The notes below the pieces were generated by a model that ran no database searches, was not told where the DNA came from, and worked only from the letters and a program-made list of their open reading frames with translations. DNA of 63,692 nt, the filler included, from Licmophora abbreviata (lineage: Eukaryota), in assembly GCA_900291995.1 (NCBI GenBank). It is 9 parts of 9 records of this genome, joined end to end, with 100 filler letters (N's around TTAATTAATTAA, not from the genome) between each part and the next. Parts side by side here need not be neighbours in the genome. Positions count along the whole stretch, not along the records: positions 34,863 to 42,647 come from OLMU01003964.1; positions 42,748 to 44,687 come from OLMU01003967.1; positions 44,788 to 47,130 come from OLMU01003968.1; positions 47,231 to 56,478 come from OLMU01003969.1; 5 more parts are not named here. The stretch is one strand, 5' to 3'. The position numbers and the translations under genes are program-made. Each line of letters starts with the position of its first letter. Position 1 is the first letter of the stretch. Of this stretch, positions 36,359 to 47,568 are shown piece after piece.

Positions 36359-37201
36359 ATGAAGAAGATGTTTAGCAGGCGCAACGGCGGCCGAAAAGAT
36401 AAGAAAAAAGCCGATCCGAACGAAACTGGCCTTGAAGATTTCGTCCCTCCCCCCGTGAACATGAATGCCGGCGCTGCTGCTACGGGCCCGGCTGCTGCTC
36501 ATCAGGAAAGTACCACGGTCAAGAGGACTGTTAGGACTGTTGCAGTGCCTCCTCATCCACAGCAGCAGCATCCCGAGGTACCTCTTGATATGGCCCCTGC
36601 TGTCGTCGCACCTCTAGAAGAGCGATCCGCCTCCTCCAGTCAAGCTCAGAACTATACTCCACCCTCCTTGGATCTGGAACCTGCTCCAGTAGAGCAACGA
36701 GAACCATCGTCAACTCCTTTGTCTTCTGCAGCTCTCGAAGAGTCCGCTCTTGTCAGCCTCGAACACCAAGCCGCCCGTGCCAACCTGACCCGCGAACTCG
36801 TCCGAAAGTACGTTTCTGACATTTGGAACTGCGGGGACTGCTCCATCATCAACAAGATCTGCAGCAAGAACCTTCGCTTCAACGGATCCGTGGGACTCGA
36901 TCGCGTCGGACACGAAGGATTTGAAAAGATGGTCACTACCATTCGAGACAGTCTCGGTGACTATCACTGTGAGATTCATAGCATGGTCGTTGAAGGAAAC
37001 AAGGCGTTCTGTCGTATGCGTTTTACAGGATTTCAAACCGGGCCGTTGTTGGGATATCCACCCACGGGCCGAAGGGTCTCGTGGATGGGAGCGTCGGAAT
37101 TCACAATCAGGAACAAAATGATTACTAAGATCTGGGAGCTCGGTGATGTGAAGTCCTTGGAGGATCAATTGAAGGCACCCATGGAGGGGAATGGTATGTG
37201 A
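36359..37201 (+). CDS. SnoaL-like ester/polyketide cyclase-fold protein with disordered N-terminus
   Basis: IWNCGD...GHEGF...VVEGNKAFCRMRFTGFQTGPLLGYPPTGRRVSWMG...IWELGD. Confidence 0.85.
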   Translation: MKKMFSRRNGGRKDKKKADPNETGLEDFVPPPVNMNAGAAATGPAAAHQESTTVKRTVRTVAVPPHPQQQHPEVPLDMAPAVVAPLEERSASSSQAQNYTPPSLDLEPAPVEQREPSSTPLSSAALEESALVSLEHQAARANLTRELVRKYVSDIWNCGDCSIINKICSKNLRFNGSVGLDRVGHEGFEKMVTTIRDSLGDYHCEIHSMVVEGNKAFCRMRFTGFQTGPLLGYPPTGRRVSWMGASEFTIRNKMITKIWELGDVKSLEDQLKAPMEGNGM

Positions 37202-37506
37202 AAGGTGGCATGACGGCGATCAAGAGTGGGGCGATTGGATTTAGTTTGAAGTTTGTACCGATGAGAGTACTAGCGAATAGGGAAGTATATGATGATATCG
37301 GGCGTATGGATGATGGGTGGGTCGTACTCTCGCAGAAAAGTATGCAAAGTATAGTAACTTCATTGTTGCGTGTTTGTTTCGTATGGTTTTGCATCGTGAG
37401 CATATAGTGTACATGCACAAACACAAACTTTCAGATTATTCTTGGCATTCGTCGTCGCACAGGAGCTATTGTTAGTATCGAGTTCTATTAATAGGTAGTA
37501 GTACTA

Positions 37507-39121
37507 TTAAGGCAGGAGTGCTGTCGTTTCCAATGGGGAGTTATCGGTCTGCTGTTCATCGTTCGGCGACATTGCTTTTCGGAGCTTGTCAGCACTTTCG
37601 ATGCCATCCACCTCGGTAATGAGAAGGTACGTATCTTCCATTGCGGTCTGTTTTATTGTTGTTGTTGAGTGCGTGAAAAAGAATCAAAGCGGCAGAGACG
37701 TACAGGGTGAGATCCGTACAGCGAGTCATTCATCCACACAACACTATCATCGTCGGCGGTACGTACATAGGCCATTGCAAGGTCATCAAAGTCGTTGTCG
37801 TCATCACCAAAGGGATTGTCTAACTCGATTGACACATATTCAAGACCCATAAAGCCATAGGTCAATATGAATATCACCGACATGTGTGCAAACATGCTAC
37901 TGTCGTCCGACACGAGGACAAAAGGAACCGTAAATACGTAAAAGAACAAGAAGGTTCGCGCCATTTGCACCAAGGGAAAGGGAAAGGGAGTCGTTAAGAA
38001 CTTGCGCATGCTGTGAAAAAAGAGAGCATCGTGATGAAGGCCGCTCTGTCATGTTAGCCGCACGCTCGTCATGATTGCAAAGATAGTTCCCACCCTTCAA
38101 CATTCGTACGCACATCATGATGATGGAACTCACCCATAGTATCCCGCCATGAAACTATCGACACTCCCCAGCAGCTTGTTGACTTGTGCCGCGGGCAGAG
38201 GCGTCTTGAGTTCCTTGTATTGATTGAAAATGGTCTTGCGCAATTCGAAAGCCATACGAAGAGGAACTCTCATGTTTTCTTCAAACTCGGTCCTTTCCTC
38301 CTCCTTATGATGCGCCCACCGACTCGCATCCGTAGAAGTATTCGCAGGATGACTCACGTTCCAATACAAGTTCCGTTGAATCGCAGCGGCTTCGTCTTTA
38401 CTAATTTCCGGCAAGTCCCATGCCAGCACATGGTCCGTGGAGTAGTCAATGACCGCTATGGCCGTTCGCAACAAGAGCATGCTGCGCAAGCAAACCTGGA
38501 GGCGCCACTCCTTGGCCATGGGAGAGGTTTGGGATTCGCTAAAGACCACCATGTTTTGGAGGAGTTCGCGGGATTCGCGATACATGATCCCCAAGTAGCC
38601 TCGGGCTTCATTGTATCTTCCAATGGAAATATTGACTCGACTGACAATCAAGAAGGCCACTAGTAGATTGATAAAGCCGTGCTGTGATTTTTTCAGAGAC
38701 AAAAGAAATGCATGTTTATAAGGGATGGTGAGGGGCACGGAATCAAACGAAGACGAAGCCACCATCACACAGGCGTTTACGATGATAACTCACACCGGTG
38801 CCACTAATCTCCAAGTCAATGTGCTCGGCATTGAGGTACGAGAGAAAGGCGGCGAGACAAGAGTTAAAGATGCAGTAGGGAAGGACCTGTGGTGGGGTGC
38901 ATACATAGAGAGTGAGTGCGATGAAACGAAGACGACGACGATTGAACAAGAACAACAACAACAACAACAACAACAACAAAAAGACACACACAAACGTCGC
39001 GTCGTGATCATCGTCATCGTCGTACCCTGGGCCACACGCTTCCGGCACGCTGAAACAGCACTCCAATGTGACTGCTGCTGTCGTACGTGACCGTATAGCC
39101 GTGTCGTTTGTTCTCCTTCAT
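37507..39121 (-). CDS. Bestrophin-family (RFP-TM/UPF0187-like) anion channel, copy A; exons 39121..39026, 38886..38794, 38681..38134, 38010..37767, 37647..37507
   Basis: GSVWPRVLPYC, VAFLIVSRVN...RYNEARG, TTPFPFPLVQM, IELDNPFGDDDNDFD; four phase-consistent introns. Confidence 0.9.
38952..38978 (+). repeat. (CAA)n microsatellite in intron 1 of bestrophin copy A
   Basis: aacaacaacaacaac... run. Confidence 0.85.
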
Positions 39122-39527
39122 GATGCTTGCTGCTCTTGCTGCTGATGTGAGTCACACACAGAGAGACACACGCACAACGTTGTGATGCATACGGTGATGC
39201 GTCCGTACTTCAGACTGGATTGCGAATTGAATTCCAGATTTCGATCATAATTTCAAGTGGCGCCTGCCGTTCCCGATTGTCATTGGCGGCAAGTTTGAAA
39301 TAATTAGCTGGTATTGAATCTATGTACATTCTACACAAAATGGGAGTTTGCCGCCAAAATTGACATACGAATTTGGTGAATTTGGGAACTGACTTTTGGA
39401 CGAGCACGACAGAAGTGTCCTGTGTCGCGGTGGTTGGATCCATCATCACTTACTTCACACGGCAACTGACTCTTCTTCTCGTACCAGAAATCACCTCTCG
39501 TCAACCTTTCCTTCATTCTAGTCCACC

Positions 39528-40935
39528 ATGACGGCGACCGGCAAGAAGAAGTACCATGGCTTTACGGTCACGTACAATACGGACAATCACATTTCCGTCT
39601 TGACCCAAATGTGGGGCTCCATATGGCCCAAGGTCCTTCCCTTTTGCATCCTCAACACGCTCCTGGCCATTGCGTTTGGACGTCTTGAAGATACATGCAG
39701 GCATTGACCTTGCCATTAGTGTGTCGGCACACAAGGTGAGGTTTTATGAACTCAAAAATTGGATCTGCTATGTATCTTCTACTCTAACACACTCTCTTCC
39801 ATCATCAATATTTCACAAATACACAGTTCTTATCCCTCATTGTCGCCTTCCTCTTGGTCTCCCGCGCAAACGTGGCCATTGGCAAGTACAATGAGGCTCG
39901 TGGCTACTTGAGTGACATATTCAAAAGCTCCCGCGAGCTTCTTCAGAACCTCATGGTGTACTCGAGTAAGAATACTGACTCTTCCGCCAAGGAGTGGCGC
40001 TATCACGTCACCCACCGCACCATGCTCTTATTGCGCTGCTCCATGGCAGTACTGGACTATTCGCACAGTCAACTCCCTGCTTGGGAACTTCCGGAACTCT
40101 CGGACGAAGAACGGGGACGTATCAAACGTCAAATTTACTTTGAAAATGAAGAAGGCGGCGAGCACCTGCGCTTCAGTATGCACCACTATCGTTCCACCAT
40201 GGAAGAAAACATGCGCGTTCCCATTCTCATGGCCTTTCAACTCCGACGGGCCGTGCACAGTCAGAATAGAACCTTAAAGACGCCACTCACTCTTGCGGAA
40301 GAGAATAAGCTCTTGGGATCCGTTGATGGCATCATGAGCGGTTACTATTCAATGCGCAAGTTTTTGACGACACCCTTTCCCTTTCCATTGGTGCAAATGG
40401 CGCGGACGTTTTTGTTCTTTTACGTATTTACGGTCCCCTTTGCATTGCTTTCGGACGACACCTATCCCCTCGCGCATTATCTCGTCATATGGAGTCTTAC
40501 CTTTGGCTTTATGGGAATTGAGCACGTGAGGTGAGTTTTAGTGTGTGTTGTCGATGGATGATACGTATATCTGTGTCAGGTTGTCTCATCGCCTCCTTGC
40601 AACGAAACAAACAGCATTGCACTCGATGATCCATTTGGTGACGATGACACGGATTTCGCCAATCTCCGGCTCATGTATGTAAGTAATTGTAGTGTTTTGC
40701 ACTACACTTGTCAATCAAAAGAGAATCAAAGAATCGGCTTGAAAGGCAATGCCCGCCTCTATCTCACGTTGCTGTCGTCTACCGTCCGCAAAACACACAT
40801 TAGTCGTCCTTTGAAGAAAACTATACTTGCATACGAGATATGGATGGAGAAGAATACGTTGACAGACTTCGAAAGGCGATGCATGTCCCGACGGACGAGC
40901 CGTTGTCACCCGAACAGCAATGGCTGGAGGAATAG
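39528..40935 (+). CDS. Bestrophin-family channel, copy B, with an apparent 1-nt insertion at about 39675; join(39528..39735,39827..40530,40615..40678,40804..40935)
   Basis: GSIWPKVLPFC, VAFLLVSRAN...KYNEARG, TTPFPFPLVQMARTFLFFYVFTVPF, IALDDPFGDDDTDF; removing one T from GCGTTTGGAC restores the frame. Confidence 0.85.
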
Positions 40936-40973
40936 TGCTTTTGCTAGGTTTTTCTCTTTCCTAGCATGCTACT

Positions 40974-42647
40974 CTAGTCTTTATGATTCTGCCATTCACG
41001 TCGCTTGTTGGTCATGATTTTTAGAATGCGATTGTGTCGACCGACACGATCGTGCTTGGGGATTGGCTTCGGCTTGTCGCCGATACAGCTCGCACATTCG
41101 GCCCTCACAAATTCGCCTCCCAACGCGCCTAACTTTTTCAAAGCAACAAAGACGTCCTCAACCGTCGACCCGGGTTTCATAACCAACACGTCTCGCAGTG
41201 GCTCTTTCTCGCTTGCAGTCGACGATGAAAGTGTTGTCGCATAGCCACCGCCACCACGACCGTTCTTCCACAAGGTCGGAGCACATCCATTGGCGGCAAG
41301 TAAACAGCGTACCATACCGGCATTTGGTAGCGAAGCGTCTTGGGTCGCGACACGAAACATGGCCGACAAAGGGGCATAGGTTGACATGTCTGATACTGGA
41401 AAGACGAGGACTGGCTCGCGAATCGTTACGGCCGACTGGAGACATTGCCATACACCAGCTGGGATGGTGCCAACACCATCCCCATTGGAATGTGGTGCAC
41501 CGTCGTCGTCGTCGAGGGTCAAGTAGTGTCGAACAAACTCCATTTCGCCTCGGGCAGACAGGGGAACGCCCACGTGAGCACCGTGAATTGGCAGCGCCTC
41601 TTGAATGTCATGAACATACACTGCAGCAGAAGGAAGATCAGACTTATTGAGCGAAAGCGCCATTGGAAACCGGACCCCAAGAAAGGCGCTGACAAGTCGA
41701 TGTACATCCCCTTGATCCCATTCTTCCAAATGATCCAGTGCATGATCGCGATGCTCTATCTGTTCAATGTATTTTTCCACAGCCGACAAGATACTCCACG
41801 TTGTCGCTTGATTCTGCCCATAGCCACTAAACATGTCGGAAAGCTGTGTTTGGAAACGCGACAGCGAGAGTGATGGAGCTATAAGCGACGGGCAAAATAA
41901 GGGTACACTACTCATCGGGGCAGCTACTCTGCTCGTACCTTGCCTTGCCCTCGCTTTCGAATGCTGTCCCACTTGAACATTAGGTTCGCGTAGACCCATT
42001 GTATGAGTTCGTTGTGGATCCAGGCAAGGTCGTCCAGCGGATGCGGCCCTCCCTCGGATGCACCAAGCGAATTCCCTTTTGCATCGGCAGTGCCACTGGC
42101 GTCCACAACGTGAATCAGTACATCAGCGTCTGTGAGATCATTTAGAAACTGTAGTCATACGCACACGCAAACAAGAGCAGAAACATGATTCCTAGTGAGG
42201 GTTTCCACCACGTGTGTACAGCATCACCGAGTCGACCCAACTTGCGTCATCATACCTTGTTGCCACGTCCCCGGCCTTGATATGCACCGGGTACCAATCC
42301 TGCGACGTCTTTTAGCATAACTGGGATCAGTCTTCTCCCCTTGTTGTCTCGTCCGTGCGTACACGCAACATTGCATGTAGGGTAGTTTTCACCATGGGCC
42401 TCTTCAGGACAGGACCCCTTTGGTGCCGGAATCAAGCAGTACCCGACATTCGGATCAATCGTCGTGAAGGGGTGAGGCGCCATGGTCGCTCCACCTAGGG
42501 CATTGTCGGCATCGTCCCGCTGTCGCGCAAATCCTGTGGATGCATTGAAGAACGTCGACTTTCCGGCTGACGGCTTACCGACGAGTCCTATCGTATATTT
42601 CCAGACGCCTCCATTGTTCCCAGCCGCAACAGACGCAATCGTCGGTG
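40974..42647 (-). CDS. OBG-family GTPase (Ygr210/archaeal YchF-like), 5' end lost in spacer; introns 42255..42149 and 41938..41844
   Basis: G1 [56 protein letters not shown], NKSD. Confidence 0.9.
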
Positions 42648-42747
42648 NNNNNNNNNNNNNNNNNNNNNNNNNNNNNNNNNNNNNNNNNNNNTTAATTAAT
42701 TAANNNNNNNNNNNNNNNNNNNNNNNNNNNNNNNNNNNNNNNNNNNN
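42648..42747. other. Artificial contig spacer
   Basis: 44 N + TTAATTAATTAA + 44 N. Confidence 0.97.
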
Positions 42748-43084
42748 TCTCTTGTTGTTGTTGTTTCCTCTTGATGCTGGGAGGATGACTTGTTGTTGCC
42801 GGAGGTGGCTCCATCACTGCTGCTGACGACGTCGACCGTGCAGACCGTATTAAATTGCTCGGAAGGTTCACCACGTCTCGTTCTTCAGCCGGAACTGCAC
42901 TCGAATCTATCTGAAATCTCGTTCGAGTGCTCATCATAGTCGTCATGACTACAAAGAGCGATGTCACGGTCGCGAGGCAGACAAGACAAAACGACGAGAC
43001 ACGACCTCCTCCTCTCAGTCGTCTTATGGTAAGTCTTCGCGACATTACTCCATGCGTAATGGATCTCGTTACGGTCATGTTCAA
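42748..43084 (-). CDS. 5' fragment of a probable type II membrane protein, truncated by the spacer
   Basis: Basic N-terminus, hydrophobic FCLVCLATVTSLFVVM, Pro/Ser stem running into Ns. Confidence 0.5.
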
Positions 43085-43427
43085 TTCATGGAAGCGATTG
43101 GCATCTCGCTCGCTTGACAGTCATGCTGGATGGAGCCGCGTAGTGCCGCAGGTCATTGTGAGTTCTTTGATATACGGTTTTTGCGCGTCCTGTGTGATCT
43201 GCGATGACTTTGTGTCGAGTTGATGAACCGTCACATTGCCGGTCGACGCGCGTGTTCTTCTCACGCCGGCCGACTCATTCTTATTTATTCATCGTGACGT
43301 GTCAGAAGAAAGTTGAGGAGTTCGCATTCTCGCTCATCCCATTCGAAATTCTCGATCGCTTTTCGTTGACATCAACCAGCTTGCCATCACAAAACAAGAA
43401 CAAAAAGAAAAGATACGGGTCACTACG

Positions 43428-44161
43428 ATGAAGTACTACTCTGTTGGAATCCTCCTCCTTACAACGGCATCAGCCTATGTGCCTCTGATGCACAACACGC
43501 GTCGCCGCGTGCCTGCATTTGTCTTGTCATCGTCCCTCAAGAAGGACGAGCCCGTTGATATGGACCGTGCTCAGGACTGTGCCGATCACTTTGAAAATGT
43601 TCGTTAGAAGAAATGGAACAGCTGAAAGAGGGTAAGTGTGGATGTAGCCAATACAGAGCAATGCACTAGCTAATACCATTGCCTCGAGAGAGTCTTCGCA
43701 ACGATGAGAATCCCCATACGACATGATCTGATGTGTCTCGCTATCCTCGTCGTACAAACTTGAGCTACCATGGCGACGTCTCACGAAGACCCTGTCCCTT
43801 ATCATGTACAGACCTCCACATGGAACGTGTTCAGGAGACTCTCTTTGGTACACACGACGCCTCCACCGAAGTCGACGCCTTTGAACATCGCGTTCTGGAA
43901 GAAGAACTTTCCTTGCAGCTTTCGCTTCTAAAGGACCATCAGCAAGACGCTGTCAAGGAGTCGACCCTCTTTCCCGCCGACAAGGAAGAAGAAGCCACAA
44001 TGCACCCACATGTGGAATCTCAGAAGCTCGCTAGTAACAAGATCTTGATGGCGGAAGAAGAAATCTTGTTGATGGAAGAAGAAGGGATCTTTGATGCCGC
44101 GGCCATCTGTGCGGCCATTGCCTTGGCAATCTTTGCCCCCCAGATTCTCTTTGGAACCTAA
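43428..44161 (+). CDS. Putative plastid-targeted DRAxDC-x6-C protein, copy 1, with apparent 1-nt deletion at about 43593; join(43428..43631,43812..44161)
   Basis: Signal peptide ASA-YVP; DMDRAQDCADHF[G]KCSLEE; EHRVLEEELSLQLSLLK; C-terminal hydrophobic helix; paralogous to 45098..45854. Confidence 0.78.
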
Positions 44162-44687
44162 GAAAGCGTCGAATGTATCATGGGGTCATGGCCATGCCTG
44201 AACACAACGAAACATCCAAAAACAGAGAAAAACACACTTTAACGACTGCGCATTCATGTGAATATCATGCACACAAGCCAACACAAAAAATTCAAAGAAT
44301 ACTCCCGCACCTCTGCTTCTTTCAACCTTGTATGCGTAGTGAACTGCTCTAGCTAGCTATAGAAAGCTATGACTAGAGTAGTCTAGACAACACACGATAG
44401 CTATACAATAAGCAGACGAGTCTTGTAGCTAAGTCAGACGCACTACCCCACAGTGAGTAGATAACACACTACAAATAAACGAACGATCGCAGCAAGTATG
44501 TATACCTTGCAGTCCCCATTGGATGTCGTCGCGCGGCAACGTCTTGGAGCTTGGCATGCTGCGAGAGCTGTCTGCACTTTATCATATTTATCTAGATTGA
44601 TGGGAATATCAGGACTGTGCCGAGCGAGGTCACAGTTATTCATCAAGCGTCCCCCTTTCTTAGATTCATTGAACTCACCATCATGAT

Positions 44688-44787
44688 NNNNNNNNNNNNN
44701 NNNNNNNNNNNNNNNNNNNNNNNNNNNNNNNTTAATTAATTAANNNNNNNNNNNNNNNNNNNNNNNNNNNNNNNNNNNNNNNNNNNN
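44688..44787. other. Artificial contig spacer
   Basis: 44 N + TTAATTAATTAA + 44 N; both flanks carry CATCATGAT. Confidence 0.97.
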
Positions 44788-45097
44788 CATCATGATAGGC
44801 TAAATGTCCACTGACAATATTATCACCTTGCCCTGAAAAGTGCGTTGGAAGGATTAGGAGCTATAGGCATCTTTGTGGGGTCGCCTCGAGTCCTGCTGTG
44901 AGACCTCGAAAATCTGAGCGCTTGCCGTCAGATCTAACTTATGCAATTGTCAACACAGAAAACAATCAAGCGCTAGATAGTGACATGCTTCGCATTCTCA
45001 AAAAGAACTCCTGTCTCGTCCTGATGGCGCGTAGAGTGTCGTGTGTCAAAAGCAAAAAAGATACGCCGATATCACATCATCAGAAAACCTCGTTACC

Positions 45098-45854
45098 ATG
45101 AAATACAACGGCATCCTCTTGCTTGCAGTTCCCTTGGCGTCCGCGTACGCTCCCCTCTACCGGGGTAGTACGCGTCGTCCTCCGTTTGTTTTGGCGTCGG
45201 TGTTGAAAAAGAAGAAAGATGCGTCGTTTGGAGGCGGTGATTTCATGGATGAAGATCTCGACCGAGCCAGCGATTGCGCCCAGCACTTTGGAAAGTGCTC
45301 GGTCGAAGAAATTGAGAGTTTGAAGCAAGGTAAGAAAAAGATGGAGGTCTATATATAGGTAGGTGACTGGACACGATTCGTGGGCTCACGGCGTGCTCTG
45401 CTTGCTTGTTGATCCCTTTACTCTGCGACTACATGATACAGGTCTCCACAATGAAATTGTCGAGGGAACGATATTTCGGACTGTTGATGCCTCTGCCGAA
45501 GAAGTCTTTGAGCATCGTGCTTTGGAGGAGGACCTCGCCTTACAGCTGAGTCTCTTGAAGGAAGAGATGCCAACATCCAATCTGTTTCATGACGATAGTT
45601 ATCAGACGACGACATTGTCACCGCCGCAGTCGGAAGTGAACAGTATCGCAGCGCAGGCGCAGAAAGACGACTCGCGCATCGTGGGTGGTGGTGAGCTGAA
45701 GTATAGTACACCCGAGCCATCGGCTCAACACTTTGCGGAAGAAGGCATGCATCTCATGGAAGAAAGAGGAGTTCATGATGCGGCGGCAGTTTGTGGAGCG
45801 ATTGTTGGCGCCGTGGCGCTCAACCTAGCTTCGCAGATGGTGATCACGAACTAG
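45098..45854 (+). CDS. Putative plastid-targeted DRAxDC-x6-C protein, copy 2; join(45098..45329,45442..45854)
   Basis: Signal peptide ASA-YAP; DLDRASDCAQHFGKCSVEE; EHRALEEDLALQLSLLK; same phase-1 intron position as copy 1. Confidence 0.82.
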
Positions 45855-46377
45855 TTTGTATGATGACCATGACCAGATGCTATAAAGAACTGATGAGGAT
45901 TGGGTCTTCAAAACATCGCATTATCGCACAGCTAACCTGCACTCTCTACTAGATCTACCTTCCTAACATGGCCGAAAGATCTGAATGCACAAGAAAAAGT
46001 GAGGACATACGTTCGTACTCGAGTACTAGCTAGCTGAAGCTCAAATAATGCTGAAGGAGCCGCAATTACATCGATGTCAGGGTTGACAGTTGACAAGTTG
46101 ACAGTGCCGCCGATATCTGCTTCGAAGGACGAAATTGCTGCACCTTACCCGTATTACAAGAGACCTACCAATACGTGATTGTGGTCAACCGCGTATTCAA
46201 AAATAGGCGCGCATCTATGCGGAAAAAGATGATGTGGAGCTCTCGTCGGCGAAGAGATGAGTCCTGTGCACAATCCACGACGATTCGTTTGTCTCATCAC
46301 ATCATCGAAAAACAAAGCAGCACAGCATATATCACTATAGTCGCCACTCTTTCGTGCAGTAGAAAAGCAGCAGAACC

Positions 46378-47009
46378 ATGACAATTACAGAAGAATCTGC
46401 CGAGGCTTTCGTTCGAAAGTACAGTGCCGATTTCAGTGGATCGGGGAAATCACCGGAACAATGGGAAGCCTATGTGGTAGGCGACGCCTGTTGTGTTGCT
46501 GACATTTGACTGCCCTGCTGCCCGCTGGAACTTACATAACTCTACGTCTCTTCAAATTACGCAACAGAAAAAATACTACAAGGAAGACACATTGTTTGTT
46601 CGTCCTTCTGGAAATCCCTTGACGAACAAGACCTATGTGGCCATGCTGACATCTGGAGACGTGCAGCGTTTCAAAGATGTGTTTGTGCGTGTAGAAGAGG
46701 TCAGGATTCTCGCGGGCGGACAGGCAGCCGTTGTGTTTTATACTACTGACCAGTACTTTATGTTCAAAGGTGAGAATTGTACCATACTTCGTTGAATGGA
46801 CGATGACACCAACGATTTGCTCCAGCTTACGAATATTTTGTTGTGTGTTTCCTCGTCGCTTATGGTATTTTTCTTTACATAATGCAGGCACCCGAAACGA
46901 AGACAGGGCCAAGCTCTCGCTAGTTCTCGAGGAAGTGGATGGTGAAATCAAGATTGCTTACGGGCATCGATGCACTGGTCAACCGATTCCAAAGGATACT
47001 AGTAAATGA
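46378..47009 (+). CDS. DUF3804-like NTF2-fold protein; join(46378..46476,46568..46769,46888..47009)
   Basis: Spliced product contains LFVRPSGNPL, FMFKGTRNEDRA and KIAYGHRCTG, resembling the RPSGNP / FTYKGTPNDD / RSTG signature I recall for DUF3804. Confidence 0.75.
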
Positions 47010-47130
47010 TTGGTTGGTTGCTCGGATGAATGAAAGTATTCGAAGAAAGTTACAACATGCCTTGGTTGGACTGGTCTAAGCACCTTAGGGGCCTTGTTCC
47101 GATTATAGGCATCAAGATCAAATCTAGCTG

Positions 47131-47230
47131 NNNNNNNNNNNNNNNNNNNNNNNNNNNNNNNNNNNNNNNNNNNNTTAATTAATTAANNNNNNNNNNNNNN
47201 NNNNNNNNNNNNNNNNNNNNNNNNNNNNNN
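47131..47230. other. Artificial contig spacer
   Basis: 44 N + TTAATTAATTAA + 44 N. Confidence 0.97.
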
Positions 47231-47568
47231 TCGTTGTACTGCGCATGCCATCTTTACAGTGTACATGCGGTGGCCGTGCAACTTAGGTTGCCATCTTTTT
47301 CTACTGTGTCGGCCTTTTGAAGGCGCCAAGCTTGAAGCAACTAATGTGAGAAACCGTGACTCCTATGTTTTGGAATGACATCATATACGTGACTCCACGG
47401 ACTTCGGATACCGCGAAGCTCTCTTCCCTCGCTTTTTGACATTTCGAACAACGAGGTGTCATTGTTGAGAATTCTTTCTGTCAGAGGCTTCTTGTTGTTG
47501 TCATTCGACCCCATCAGAAACAAAGGGCGTCGAGTGATTGCATAGCCCTCACGCCGTATCTTCCATCC

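Noticed and set aside
37507..47009. Bestrophins plus the NTF2-fold gene as a CO2-concentrating cluster (iota carbonic anhydrase)
   Set aside because: The NTF2 protein lacks the HHSS motif of iota-CA, none of the three has plastid targeting, and two spacers intervene
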